Shown in pieces: positions 1 through 9,015 of a stretch of 64,000 nt of DNA. Source of the stretch: a virus (lineage: Duplodnaviria > Caudoviricetes); IMG/VR virus record IMGVR_UViG_2937460283_000002, positions 2,712 through 66,711 of that record; one strand, given 5' to 3'. Made by a program: the position numbers and the translations under genes. Numbering within the stretch: position 1 is the stretch's first letter; each line of letters begins with the position of its first letter. The notes under the pieces were generated by a model. The model did not search any database. It saw only the letters and a program-made list of their open reading frames with translations, and had not been told where the DNA came from.

Positions 1-2573
1 GATGATGTTGGTTTGTCATCTTCAAGTTTGCTACCAAACCAGTCACCTAAAAACCCACCTAGTGATTCACCACCAAACGAACCAATAGCACCGCCTATCG
101 CACCACCGATCAGGGTACCAACACCCGGAATGATAGAGCCTATAGCTGCACCCGCTGCTGCGCCCGCCATGGCACCACCTATGCCACCCGCAGCAGTACC
201 AATTTGCTGCGACTTTTCACGTTTGCTTAAACTATCATCGGCAAGCGTAGAAGCCATATCTGCTGCGCCCATAATGCTGCGCAATGGCCCAGTAAATCTA
301 CCGAGTGTTTTTGCTATTGGGCTACGCGCAAGGCCTTTAAATAAACCACCCGCTTTAAATTTTGGCTTATTCATTTTGCCAAAAATGGGGTCGTTCGCGG
401 CCATACCCTTACCCAACTTCAGTTTACTGACTTGCTTAACCGACTGCTTAGGTGAAGACTTAGTTGGTTTGTTGGCTGTTTGCTTTTTAGGTTGCTCATT
501 CAAGCCACCATCCAATACTTTTAACGCAGGCTTTGCTGATTTTGCCTTTGCTTTTGGTTTGGCTTGGGTAACATCACGACCTTCTTTAGCCCAAGGTTTG
601 TTATTACTACGATATTGAGTGTGCTTACGTTGAGCACCACCGCGTTTACCTTTACGGTTTCGAGTACGTTTTTTACGCTGTTTTTTCTTAGGCGCTTGCT
701 CCTCATCTCCCCCTAAACTAGAGAGAAACTCAGTGGCAGCATCTCCTACCGACGATAAATCGCCGTTTAAAATGCCTTTAAAGTCGAGCTTACCAATTGC
801 AGCGCCATGTTTTTTAAGCACAGAGGCTGCATCGCCAAAACCAAAAGAGTTCAGTAAATCAGGTGCAGCCTTAAGCAAAGACTGCAAGTCGCCATCCATG
901 ATCCCTTTTATATCCAACTGCTTTAATGCTGGTAACGCGGTTTTTAAAGCCTTGGCAGGACCTTTAAAGTCGGCTGCTTCCATTAAACCCGGTGCGGCAT
1001 CCAGTATTGAGGAGATATCGCCACTGGCGATACCTTGCATATCCAACTGCTTCAGCGCTGGTAACGCGGTTTTTAAAGCCTTGGCTGGACCTTTAAAGTT
1101 CGCCGCTTCCATTAAACCCGGTGCGGCATCCAGTATTGATGAAATATCGCCACTGGCGATACCTTGCATATCCAACTGCTTCAGCGCTGGTAACGCTGTT
1201 TTTAACGCCTTTGCAGGGCCTTTTAGGTTAGCCGCTTCCATTAAACCCGGTGCGGCATCCAGTATTGAGGAAATATCGCCGCTGGCAATACCTTGCATAT
1301 CCAACTGCTTCAGCGCTGGTAACGCGGTTTTTAATGCCTTTGCAGGACCTTTTAGGTTTGCCGCTGCCATTAAATCTGGTGCGGTATCCAGTATTGAGGA
1401 AATATCGCCACTGGCGATACCTTGCATATCCAACTGCTTCAGCGCTGGTAACGCGGTTTTTAATGCTTTAGCTGGGCCTTTTAGGTTGGCCGCTTCTAAA
1501 ACCTCAGGAGCTAAGTCAATTATGGATGATAGGTCCCCTTCAGTAAGGCTTTGTATATCCAGCTGATTAAGTGCATTGACTGGTGTTGCCGCTGGTTGCT
1601 TATATTTACTGACAGCGGTATTTTTAGTTTTGTTATGCTTTAACTTGGTTACCTTTAATGGCACTGGCTGCTTGTTGCGCCTTGCGCCCTTGCCATTTGT
1701 GCTCTGACGTTTCGCTTGCGGTTTTACCCGCTTTTTTGAAGTGTTTTTTGGCGCGAGCGCGCTGACCGATGGTGCAGCGTCTTGCAAAGTATCAGACAAG
1801 CCTATTTTATCTTTACTTGGCTGCGTCTGTTTGCCTTTTGGCTTGAGCGCCAATTGGTTATTTACCGTGATCTGCTGCTGTACAGACTTAACATTAACAA
1901 CTTTTAAGCTCGCTACCGTATTAAGCAAGCCACGAATAGCATTACCAACGCCTTGCTCAAAACGCTTGGGTAAGTCTTTACCCAGTCCAAGTATGGCGTT
2001 TTCAACCGCACCAATCGACCAATTTAGTTGCGTAAAACTCTCATCCAATGATGAAACATCAATGGCATTAAGTAAGTTGGCTGTGCTGAACTGCACCGAT
2101 GACAAGCTATCGCGCATCACACTTTGTGTAGCAAGTTGTCGTACAGCTGACTCTTGCGTATTGAGCAAACTACTCTCAATTTTTGCGCTGCTACCAGTTG
2201 CCCCCCCGGCGGATGTCGAAGTTGCCAATGCAAGATTATCACCTTTTGGTATAACACTCGTTTGCTCTACAAGCGTTGCATTAAGGTCAAGCAAGTAATT
2301 ACGCAGCTGCGACACATGTTCGGCCAACAGTTCATCCACATTAAACTGCGATAACAAGCCTAGTAATGATTCAAGCGGCTTGCTATCAAACGCAAGTGCT
2401 TCATTTTGAAGCTGTGCTATTACCTGTCCAAGCAATGCAGCACTGGCGCTAATGTCTTCATATGGCTGAACGTTTGGCAGCTTATTTTTCACCTTATTTT
2501 GGGCAGTTCCCTGCGCAGTTGAAGCGCCCACAGCTTGAGGGCGAATTTGATCAGAAGCGTCCTGATTTTTCAT
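1..2573 (-). CDS. Tape measure protein of the contractile tail (3' end beyond window edge)
   Basis: Absent from the ORF track because it runs off the edge. Translated by hand from ATG at 2573 (MKNQDASDQ...); the stretches read were open and in one frame. It follows tube and gpE/E'. It has a glycine-zipper segment (GTAAGGIGGAMAGAAAGAAIGSIIPGVGTLIGGAIGGAIG), 40-aa repeats and K/R-rich tracts. Confidence 0.8.
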   Translation of the reverse strand, partial: MKNQDASDQIRPQAVGASTAQGTAQNKVKNKLPNVQPYEDISASAALLGQVIAQLQNEALAFDSKPLESLLGLLSQFNVDELLAEHVSQLRNYLLDLNATLVEQTSVIPKGDNLALATSTSAGGATGSSAKIESSLLNTQESAVRQLATQSVMRDSLSSVQFSTANLLNAIDVSSLDESFTQLNWSIGAVENAILGLGKDLPKRFEQGVGNAIRGLLNTVASLKVVNVKSVQQQITVNNQLALKPKGKQTQPSKDKIGLSDTLQDAAPSVSALAPKNTSKKRVKPQAKRQSTNGKGARRNKQPVPLKVTKLKHNKTKNTAVSKYKQPAATPVNALNQLDIQSLTEGDLSSIIDLAPEVLEAANLKGPAKALKTALPALKQLDMQGIASGDISSILDTAPDLMAAANLKGPAKALKTALPALKQLDMQGIASGDISSILDAAPGLMEAANLKGPAKALKTALPALKQLDMQGIASGDISSILDAAPGLMEAANFKGPAKALKTALPALKQLDMQGIASGDISSILDAAPGLMEAADFKGPAKALKTALPALKQLDIKGIMDGDLQSLLKAAPDLLNSFGFGDAASVLKKHGAAIGKLDFKGILNGDLSSVGDAATEFLSSLGGDEEQAPKKKQRKKRTRNRKGKRGGAQRKHTQYRSNNKPWAKEGRDVTQAKPKAKAKSAKPALKVLDGGLNEQPKKQTANKPTKSSPKQSVKQVSKLKLGKGMAANDPIFGKMNKPKFKAGGLFKGLARSPIAKTLGRFTGPLRSIMGAADMASTLADDSLSKREKSQQIGTAAGGIGGAMAGAAAGAAIGSIIPGVGTLIGGAIGGAIGSFGGESLGGFLGDWFGSKLEDDKPTS
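900..1565 (-). repeat. 120-bp (40-aa) tandem repeat, about 5.5 copies, inside the tape measure gene
   Basis: Unit approx. QLDMQGIASGDISSILDAAPGLMEAANLKGPAKALKTALPALK; near-identical DNA recurs every 120 bp. Confidence 0.9.
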
Positions 2574-2746
2574 AGCAATACCTAGGAAATACAAAGAAAT
2601 GAGCGACGTGCCTGTGTTGGAAATGCATGTGTTGTTAAAAGCGTTTTAACTGGAGCAAACAGGCGTGATGTTGTTTAACCTTCGTAGAGGTCATTGAAGT
2701 TGGTTTTGTACTGCAAATAGCACTTCATTAATATTATTTGCAGTAC

Positions 2747-2909
2747 AAAAAAAGGCAGGTTAAAGCTCAATACCGAATAGCTCCTGACCTTCGTCAGGAT
2801 GACGGAAATCAGGGTCAGGATTGCGGAGTCATAGTTCGTCATCCTGAATTTGTTTCAGGATCATTTCAGAACCTAAACATGATCGGTACTAAGATAAAAA
2901 CCTGCCTTT
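2747..2909 (-). terminator. Terminator-like stem with a REP-like element in its loop
   Basis: aaaggcaggtt (2751-2761) pairs with aacctgccttt (2899-2909), with a U-tract on the minus strand. The loop holds tcctgaccttcgtcaggatgac and gtcatcctgaatttgtttcaggatc palindromes. Confidence 0.55.
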
Positions 2910-2926
2910 ATAAACTGAGACAAACC

Positions 2927-3087
2927 TTAGTTTGACTCAGTTGATTGTTTATAATCTACGGCTGCCTCAAACCATTCACATAGTTCAGGTTCAGTCAGCG
3001 CGTTGAGCTCGCTTAAGCCCCACCCAGTATATTTAGCCAGGGCAATAACCATGGCTTTTAAACGCTTGGGCGGGATACGAGAAAAGC
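2927..3087 (-). CDS. gpE'-like -1 frameshift extension of the tail assembly chaperone
   Basis: The -1 frame after GCT TTT C (3087-3081) reads FSRIPPKRLKAMVIALAKYTGWGLSELNALTEPELCEWFEAAVDYKQSTESN*, resembling the P2 GpE-family W..SEL..L...EL..W motif. Confidence 0.75.
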
Positions 3088-3315
3088 CTGTAGCTTCTCG
3101 CGTAATTTGACAAAGTCACTCCAGTCTAATTCTTCGATTACGTCTGGAGAAACTTCACACAGATTTGCAAAGTAGCGAATCTCACTCTCTGACTCACTCA
3201 AATCTGTTTTGTCCACCATTAAACGGTCACGTACTTTTGGTCGTCTCATTGTCAGTTGGGCATACTCATGCGCGTCGACCGTTACTGGGAAGTTTAGTTT
3301 AATGATATCTGTCAT
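3058..3315 (-). CDS. Tail assembly chaperone (P2 gpE / Mu gp41-like)
   Basis: LTMRRPKVRD...IEELDWSDF motif; lies between tube and tape measure. Confidence 0.85.
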   Translation of the reverse strand: MTDIIKLNFPVTVDAHEYAQLTMRRPKVRDRLMVDKTDLSESESEIRYFANLCEVSPDVIEELDWSDFVKLREKLQAFLVSRPSV

Positions 3316-3321
3316 AATTTA

Positions 3322-3831
3322 TTACGCTCCAATTGCAGCACGTAGTAGTGCCATTTGATCTTTACCGTTAATGATACGCGTGTCGTTGTATAGGTCGATG
3401 TCGTAGATAACATCTTGACCAATTTCAAGTTTGTACTTTTGAACCGCGTATTGAAGCGTTAGTTTTGCTTCTTCGCCATCTTTCCAGTTACCCATCTCAA
3501 CTTCTTTGAAGAAGCCTTCAAGTGTTACTTTAACTGGTACAGGCTCTTCACCTTGTGCTTGAATTGCACCACGCGCTGTAAGTGGTGTTGTTTTACCACT
3601 CCAGTCACCTAGTAGCTTCATCATGTCAGCGTTGTACTCAAGTAAAGTTACTGAACCTTCAAGCTTTTCAAGCTGACCCACATCAAGCTCAATAGGTGCT
3701 TGGAAACCCGATGTTACTTCACGAGTTTTAACCGTTACTTTTGGTAAAGTGATTTCGTCAGCAATACCTAAGTAGCCCTTACCATCAACGAATAACTTGA
3801 ATTTTTTTAAGATTTTAGGAGACATTGCCAT
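3322..3831 (-). CDS. Contractile tail tube protein (P2 FII-like)
   Basis: PKILKKFKLFVDGKGYLG...ITLPK...IDLYND..IINGKD, typical of FII. Confidence 0.95.
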   Translation of the reverse strand: MAMSPKILKKFKLFVDGKGYLGIADEITLPKVTVKTREVTSGFQAPIELDVGQLEKLEGSVTLLEYNADMMKLLGDWSGKTTPLTARGAIQAQGEEPVPVKVTLEGFFKEVEMGNWKDGEEAKLTLQYAVQKYKLEIGQDVIYDIDLYNDTRIINGKDQMALLRAAIGA

Positions 3832-4994
3832 TATACGATTTCCTCTAGGTAGTTGTTGGTTAGAATGCTCTTGAAGGTGATGTGCTCAGCCGGTGTTGGT
3901 GGTGTAAAATCAAAACTAAAGAACACTTTACCTGCTTGAATGTTTTCAGGGGTATTTAGGTCTTCATCCGCCCAAATTTGACCACCTAAAATCGCACCTT
4001 GTGCTTTTAATGAATCAAGGTAAGACTGCACGCTTTGCGTTACATCTTCGATGTAGGTTTTCGTGATGTTACGGTCAACCGCCCACATATGAGCACGTAG
4101 TAGTGAGTCGTTGATCATGTCCGCAGTACGAACGACTGATAGGAACGCCCATTTAGGGTCATCAGAACAGGTACGGTTACCCCACAGTTTAAAGCCGTTT
4201 TGACGGATAATCGTCGCCACTTCTTTTTCGTTTAGTAGGTTAGCGCGAGCGCTAGCATCGCCTAACTGGAAGTCAATTGGACGTGCTGTGCCAATAACAC
4301 CATTCATGTTAGTGTTGCTTGGGCTCCACCAAAAACCACGGTCGTTGTCAGATTTTGCAATCATACCCGCTACACGCGCACTGGCAGGCTCAACAACTGA
4401 ATTACCGTCTTTGAATACCTTAACGCCAGGGTCAACTACAAATACACGACGAGAGCCAAAGTCAGCACGGTACGCTTTAGCGTCATCATCATTTGTGTTA
4501 GGGCCGTCTGCGATAATTACGGCACGTAGACGTTCAGCAACGCCAATCATTTCTTTAACAACTGGATTTGCATTGCCCTCAGGACGTTGATGTGCATAAC
4601 CTGGCGCTACTAAAATACGCGGTGTAACACCCAGTACTGACTCTGCACCTAAGAATGCCTGTACACCTTCGTAAGTACCATCTGCAGCAACGCCACCAAC
4701 CATGTTAGACATAATTGCAGCTTCATCAGCACCTTCAACACGTACAACTACAACCACTGCACCAGCTTGGTCAAAAATACCATCCATTGCTGCTGGTAGT
4801 GTACCTTCTGTACCTAAAGGTGCGGCTTCAGCTCGTTTACCTGCAATTAATACAGGTGTATTAAGTGGAAATTTATCTGCATCTGCAGCTGGTGCTGTAC
4901 CAATAACACCAATTACTGAGCTTTTTACTGTTTTGATTGGACGAGTGCCTGATTGCGCCTCGATCACCTCTACACCATGTAGAAATTGTGACAT
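3831..4994 (-). CDS. Contractile tail sheath protein (P2 FI-like)
   Basis: FLHGVEVIE...SSVIGVIGTAP...GFWWSPSN...WGNRT...DFTPPTPAEHITF; AGGAG RBS before ATG at 4994. Confidence 0.97.
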   Translation of the reverse strand: MSQFLHGVEVIEAQSGTRPIKTVKSSVIGVIGTAPAADADKFPLNTPVLIAGKRAEAAPLGTEGTLPAAMDGIFDQAGAVVVVVRVEGADEAAIMSNMVGGVAADGTYEGVQAFLGAESVLGVTPRILVAPGYAHQRPEGNANPVVKEMIGVAERLRAVIIADGPNTNDDDAKAYRADFGSRRVFVVDPGVKVFKDGNSVVEPASARVAGMIAKSDNDRGFWWSPSNTNMNGVIGTARPIDFQLGDASARANLLNEKEVATIIRQNGFKLWGNRTCSDDPKWAFLSVVRTADMINDSLLRAHMWAVDRNITKTYIEDVTQSVQSYLDSLKAQGAILGGQIWADEDLNTPENIQAGKVFFSFDFTPPTPAEHITFKSILTNNYLEEIV

Positions 4995-5028
4995 ATGATT
5001 CTCCTTTAAGGGTATGTCAGTTAGAAAC

Positions 5029-5053
5029 AAAAAAACCACGCAAAGCGTGGTTT
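5029..5053 (-). terminator. Intrinsic terminator directly upstream of the sheath gene
   Basis: aaaccacgc-ttt-gcgtggttt followed by a U-run on the minus strand. Confidence 0.7.
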
Positions 5054-5097
5054 AAGATTTAAAAAATAATTGGGAGGTTAAGCCCAGTTTGTTGTGT

Positions 5098-5433
5098 TTA
5101 AACTTGAATGCCTTCAATTAACACGGGCTCGCCGTTAATTAAGTAAAGACCATTAATATCAATTGATAATTTTCCGCTACCAGCAGGTTGTACTGCTACC
5201 GACTCTAGGCGAAAACGTGGCTCCCACTTTTCTAATCCTTCAGAAATGGCGAGTGTAATGTCCCCAACCAAAGAGGTAGAAAAGGGTCTGTCGAGCAAGT
5301 CGAATAAACCACAGCCATAGTCACGGCGCATTACTCGACTACCGAGCGGCGTGGTGACTATATCGCGTATACTTTGTTTTAAATGCTCAACCCCAGAAAG
5401 AGGTCGGCCTGTTTGTGCATTCATGCCAATCAT
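5098..5433 (-). CDS. Baseplate protein gpW/gp25
   Basis: GMNAQTG...EHLKQSIRDIVTTPLGSRVMRRDYG...WEPR. Confidence 0.95.
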   Translation of the reverse strand: MIGMNAQTGRPLSGVEHLKQSIRDIVTTPLGSRVMRRDYGCGLFDLLDRPFSTSLVGDITLAISEGLEKWEPRFRLESVAVQPAGSGKLSIDINGLYLINGEPVLIEGIQV

Positions 5434-5448
5434 GCTTGGCCCTCCTTA

Positions 5449-5748
5449 CTAACCGCCAACGGTAAAGCTGCCCTCGCCTAACATCATTTTTCCACCGCAA
5501 TTTGTTGGGTCGCCTATTCTTGCGACGGCTTTACCCGCGATTGAAAAACTGCCAGCACCTTGAGATATTTTTTTACCAATGTGCTTTTGTTTAGGGTCAG
5601 CTATCATGCTGTGTGTACTTATTGAGTCGCCTTCACGTAAAGCAGACTTGCCTGCTACTGTAAACTTACTTTGCGTGGCGCTGGCACTGCCAGGTAAAAA
5701 ACCAACGTGCACATTAGTAATATGTCCATCCAATGAAATTGCTGGCAT
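5449..5748 (-). CDS. PAAR-like spike tip protein
   Basis: 99 aa with MPAISLDG, ALREGD..STH and VARIGDPTNCGG repeats; directly after gpV. Confidence 0.85.
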   Translation of the reverse strand: MPAISLDGHITNVHVGFLPGSASATQSKFTVAGKSALREGDSISTHSMIADPKQKHIGKKISQGAGSFSIAGKAVARIGDPTNCGGKMMLGEGSFTVGG

Positions 5749-5751
5749 AAG

Positions 5752-6462
5752 TTACTCCTGCGCACTAATGTGGCTACCATTAAGCTTAAGTGTTGCCGCT
5801 GCTTTAACAGCCACGTTGCCACCTGTAGATTCAATATTGACCACATCACCTTTGAGGTTAAGTGCATCCGTTGCCGTCACAGAAATGCTCCCCGTATTAG
5901 TGGTTAAACTGGCGTCCCCGTTTTCAACAGTAATGGTGGCGTTTTCCGTTACCGTGACATTGGCGTTGTTTTTCACAATCACGTTTAGGTCGTTGTCTGC
6001 TTCTAAAATAATGTCTTTGGCTGACTTGAGTTTAATTACCGCGGTATCTTGCTTAACATCAATTAAGTATTGGTGCTTGTTGCGGTCATACTCGAGCATT
6101 GAACCATCTTGGTACTTGGTGCGCTGTACATTAATACGCTCTTCCTTGGCAACATCACTCACCACTTTGTCGATGTTATGCGCTTTTTGATACACACTGC
6201 CGAGTACCACACCTTGGGCTAAGTCGCCACAGGGAGCTAATACCATCACTTGTTCGCCCACTTCGGGCGCTTGCCAAGTCATATCGTTAAACGCTTGATT
6301 GGTTAGCCATGGCAACCAAGTGGTGAGCCAATCACCAATTTTGACCCGTACCTTGGCTGTTTCGTAATCCACCTCATTCACAGTGCCAAGCGATATCAGC
6401 TTTGCCAAACGGCTTTGCATATCAGCCTGTGCTAGATTACTTTGCAGCGAATTAGCCAACAT
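5752..6462 (-). CDS. Baseplate spike gpV
   Basis: GTVNEVDYETAKVRV...TTWLPWL...APEVGEQVMVLAPCGDLAQGVVLGS OB-fold, then a beta-repeat C-terminus. Confidence 0.95.
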   Translation of the reverse strand: MLANSLQSNLAQADMQSRLAKLISLGTVNEVDYETAKVRVKIGDWLTTWLPWLTNQAFNDMTWQAPEVGEQVMVLAPCGDLAQGVVLGSVYQKAHNIDKVVSDVAKEERINVQRTKYQDGSMLEYDRNKHQYLIDVKQDTAVIKLKSAKDIILEADNDLNVIVKNNANVTVTENATITVENGDASLTTNTGSISVTATDALNLKGDVVNIESTGGNVAVKAAATLKLNGSHISAQE

Positions 6463-7060
6463 TATCCACCTCCGCAATCACCACTTCACCTTCAGCATTG
6501 ACGGTTGCCACATGATGATGCTCGCCCCCTTGTGGGCCTAAATACACGTCGGTAATGGTTGGCCCCGGCAACTCTTCTGGCGGCTCCACCTGATAGTAAA
6601 ACTCCCAAACTAGCTTGGCTTTGCCTATCATTGAGTCGCTTTGCTTGGTAAAAGCAAATTCGCTGTCTTTGGCAACAAAATGCTGCCAAGGAACGGGCAC
6701 ACCGTCTGCCTGCATCAAGGCTTCACCCGTATCAATCACAGTGTCCAAACGCTTAAGTAGCGCGATGCTATCGGCATCTTCCGCTTCTATGTCTAGTTGC
6801 AGCTTTAGCACTCTTCTATCGAGTGGGTTTGGGCTGAGGTTCTTGTTAGACGTAGGCCCATAGGTAACGCCTGAAGCGCTACCGGTACTTTGCAACTCAC
6901 TGGCTTGACGTTCTGATATCAGCGTGACACAAAGCTGCGCCACTTGCGTTAAATCTGGATACGGCAAGGTGTGTTTAATATGGCCAACTTGAGCCATACC
7001 TTGTAATCCAGACGTCAGGTACTCAAGCACCTTTTCAACTAGGGTACTGCGATGATTCAT
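6452..7060 (-). CDS. Hypothetical protein, possibly tail completion/terminator
   Basis: 202-aa ORF immediately upstream of gpV; the function call is positional only. Confidence 0.45.
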   Translation of the reverse strand: MNHRSTLVEKVLEYLTSGLQGMAQVGHIKHTLPYPDLTQVAQLCVTLISERQASELQSTGSASGVTYGPTSNKNLSPNPLDRRVLKLQLDIEAEDADSIALLKRLDTVIDTGEALMQADGVPVPWQHFVAKDSEFAFTKQSDSMIGKAKLVWEFYYQVEPPEELPGPTITDVYLGPQGGEHHHVATVNAEGEVVIAEVDNVG

Positions 7061-7139
7061 AGTGATTCTCTGATAAAATGCTCAGCGCTCAAAAAAGAGA
7101 GGCTGTAGGATTAACGGCGGACGATGTGCCCGAAGAGGG

Positions 7140-7391
7140 TTAAATAGCTGGCTTTTGTGGCCACACTACTTCGTCTGGGTTATCGAATGTTTGTGGTATA
7201 TCGCGAAGTGCTTGGCGGTAAGCTACAAACTCTTCAGGTAAAGCCTCTCCCACTTCTTGATGTTTTACCACAACCCAGTCTGTTGCTTTTAAATGTGCAT
7301 CGCGAATAGCTTTGACCGTTGCCCACTTACTTTCTGCTAACAATTGCTCTGCGGGCATTTGGTTTTCAAAATCGGATACTTGTGATTCCAT
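7140..7391 (-). CDS. Tail fibre assembly chaperone
   Basis: RDAHLKATDW...YRQALRDIPQ...VVWPQKP motif. Confidence 0.85.
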   Translation of the reverse strand: MESQVSDFENQMPAEQLLAESKWATVKAIRDAHLKATDWVVVKHQEVGEALPEEFVAYRQALRDIPQTFDNPDEVVWPQKPAI

Positions 7392-7393
7392 GA

Positions 7394-8200
7394 TTAGCTC
7401 TCCCAATGAGGTTTTTCTTGTGTAATGCGATTCGCTGACGGTTGTCCATTTAGAGATGTGTAATGTGTATCTACCGAGATTGCCCTAGTAGAGCCACAGT
7501 GTTGCCGCGTATCAACTTTAAGAGATACCCTTGCTATGCCATTATCATAACCTTGATTAATTGCTCTAAATAAAACTGGAATGGTCGTTCCTTCTAACTC
7601 ATTTGTCAGTAGAATTTCCTTTTCAGGATTCTCTGGCTCAGAAATAAAAATTGACACAGACTTATCATTAGCAACCTTCTTAACTTCTAGCTGACCAGCC
7701 ACAGAGTCATTAAAAGAGGTTCCTGTAAATATTAAATGGTCTGTATACCCATCAGAAGCAAACATTCCTCGGTGAGTCATCAAAAACTCAATTTTGAAAA
7801 AGTCGCCACCAGTCCCATATCCCGAATGAACAACCGAAGGTAGAAACTCCAACATGTTGATATAATAAGGTGGTTGTGGATTATTGCAGTATGGATAATC
7901 CGAGTCTGGACCATCCGCATCACCAGTCCAACCACCATTACCCAGTGTTGTTGCAAATGTAAAACGCTTTACATTTCCTTGTTTATAGACATTTATTCCA
8001 TTAATGTTTTCGACTAGTGATTCTTTCCACGTATCGAAAGCATTTTCAGCCGAAGTAACTTTTGTATCTACTTCAACCATTTTCGCCGACACTGTACTAT
8101 TAATCTCGCCGATTTTATCTTGTACTGTTTGGGTTAAGCCGTTGGCGGCGGTGACCACATCGGTCAACCGCTGCGTCATGGTTTTATCTTGTTCTGACAT
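7394..8200 (-). CDS. Putative fibre/receptor-binding protein (cassette 5)
   Basis: N-terminal coiled coil (LTDVVTAANGLTQTVQDKIGEIN) shared with other fibre genes, beta-rich C-terminus, followed by a chaperone. Confidence 0.65.
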   Translation of the reverse strand: MSEQDKTMTQRLTDVVTAANGLTQTVQDKIGEINSTVSAKMVEVDTKVTSAENAFDTWKESLVENINGINVYKQGNVKRFTFATTLGNGGWTGDADGPDSDYPYCNNPQPPYYINMLEFLPSVVHSGYGTGGDFFKIEFLMTHRGMFASDGYTDHLIFTGTSFNDSVAGQLEVKKVANDKSVSIFISEPENPEKEILLTNELEGTTIPVLFRAINQGYDNGIARVSLKVDTRQHCGSTRAISVDTHYTSLNGQPSANRITQEKPHWES

Positions 8201-8269
8201 GGGTATTCCTTATGTAAAATAAGTATTTTGTTTGCCGGTTTGCAATGCAAAAACGTGTAATTAGGCTTA

Positions 8270-8356
8270 GAGATCCTGACCTGCGTCAGGATGACGACGG
8301 GTGCGCCATATTCGTCATCCTAAACAACGTCACCCTGAACTTGTTTCAGGGTCATT
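8270..8356. repeat. REP-like palindromic elements
   Basis: gatcctgacctgcgtcaggatgac and gtcaccctgaacttgtttcagggtc; same family as other intergenic copies. Confidence 0.75.
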
Positions 8357-8401
8357 TTCAGCTTACTTCAAAGCTTTGGGTTAATCGTTCAGTGTATGTG
8401 T

Positions 8402-8444
8402 ATCTTACTGAATTTTATGATTTAAAACAGGTCAACTCTGACCT
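8402..8444 (-). promoter_or_regulatory. Conserved module promoter P1
   Basis: AGGTCAGAGTTGACCT, 21 bp, TAAGAT, 5 bp, TACACT. Confidence 0.7.
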
Positions 8445-8469
8445 CTAAAAAAGATTTAAAATCGGCCCT

Positions 8470-9015
8470 TTAAGCTTGCTCAAGCGCTACGATACGAAAC
8501 TCTTGCTCAACTTGGCGCTGCATGGTGTTCAATTGCACCATTGCCATATCGGCCAATTCTCTGTCGACAATAATATTGAGGTTATCAACCCCCACTTTCA
8601 CTTCAACACTGTTAGACGGTATTTGTGCCAGTGATAAGGTCAACCACTGCAATACTTTTACATCGGGTGTGCGGTAGCCAAGGGTGGTATCTGGTTGTGA
8701 ATACACGCCCAGTAAAATAAGCTCTCCTGTGTCATCTGGTGACTCGATATAAACACCGATTTCACGAATCGCATATTCTAACGGCGCATCAAACTTAGCA
8801 GCAATTTTTAGCTCGCTGGTTTCACCATCACTGTAGTCAGTATCAACAATGGCAACACGCTCTTTTTCGCCTTTTAATGCGGTTTGTGTTTTGCTTGGTG
8901 TATAGGCTGCATCACCAAAAGCCATATGACTAATTTTGCCTTTAAAGCCTCGGTGAGTTGCGCTAAGTAGCGCATTTAAACCTGCTTGGGTAAATTGCAA
9001 GGTAAGTGCTGACAT
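8470..9015 (-). CDS. Tail-collar fibre adaptor (DUF3751-like), cassette 5
   Basis: FTQAGLNALL...ISHMAFGDAAYTP...IREIGVY; only 181 aa, ending in a short coiled coil. Confidence 0.8.
   Translation of the reverse strand: MSALTLQFTQAGLNALLSATHRGFKGKISHMAFGDAAYTPSKTQTALKGEKERVAIVDTDYSDGETSELKIAAKFDAPLEYAIREIGVYIESPDDTGELILLGVYSQPDTTLGYRTPDVKVLQWLTLSLAQIPSNSVEVKVGVDNLNIIVDRELADMAMVQLNTMQRQVEQEFRIVALEQA

Noticed and set aside
13-2298. Plus-strand ORFs 13..618, 733..1566 and 1741..2298
   Set aside because: Antisense shadows of the minus-strand tape measure gene.
3322-6462. T6SS or Afp/MAC-type eCIS
   Set aside because: Sheath, tube, gpW, gpJ and gpI are P2-like. No TssJLM, ClpV or Afp15-type ATPase is visible, and a holin-endolysin cassette is present.
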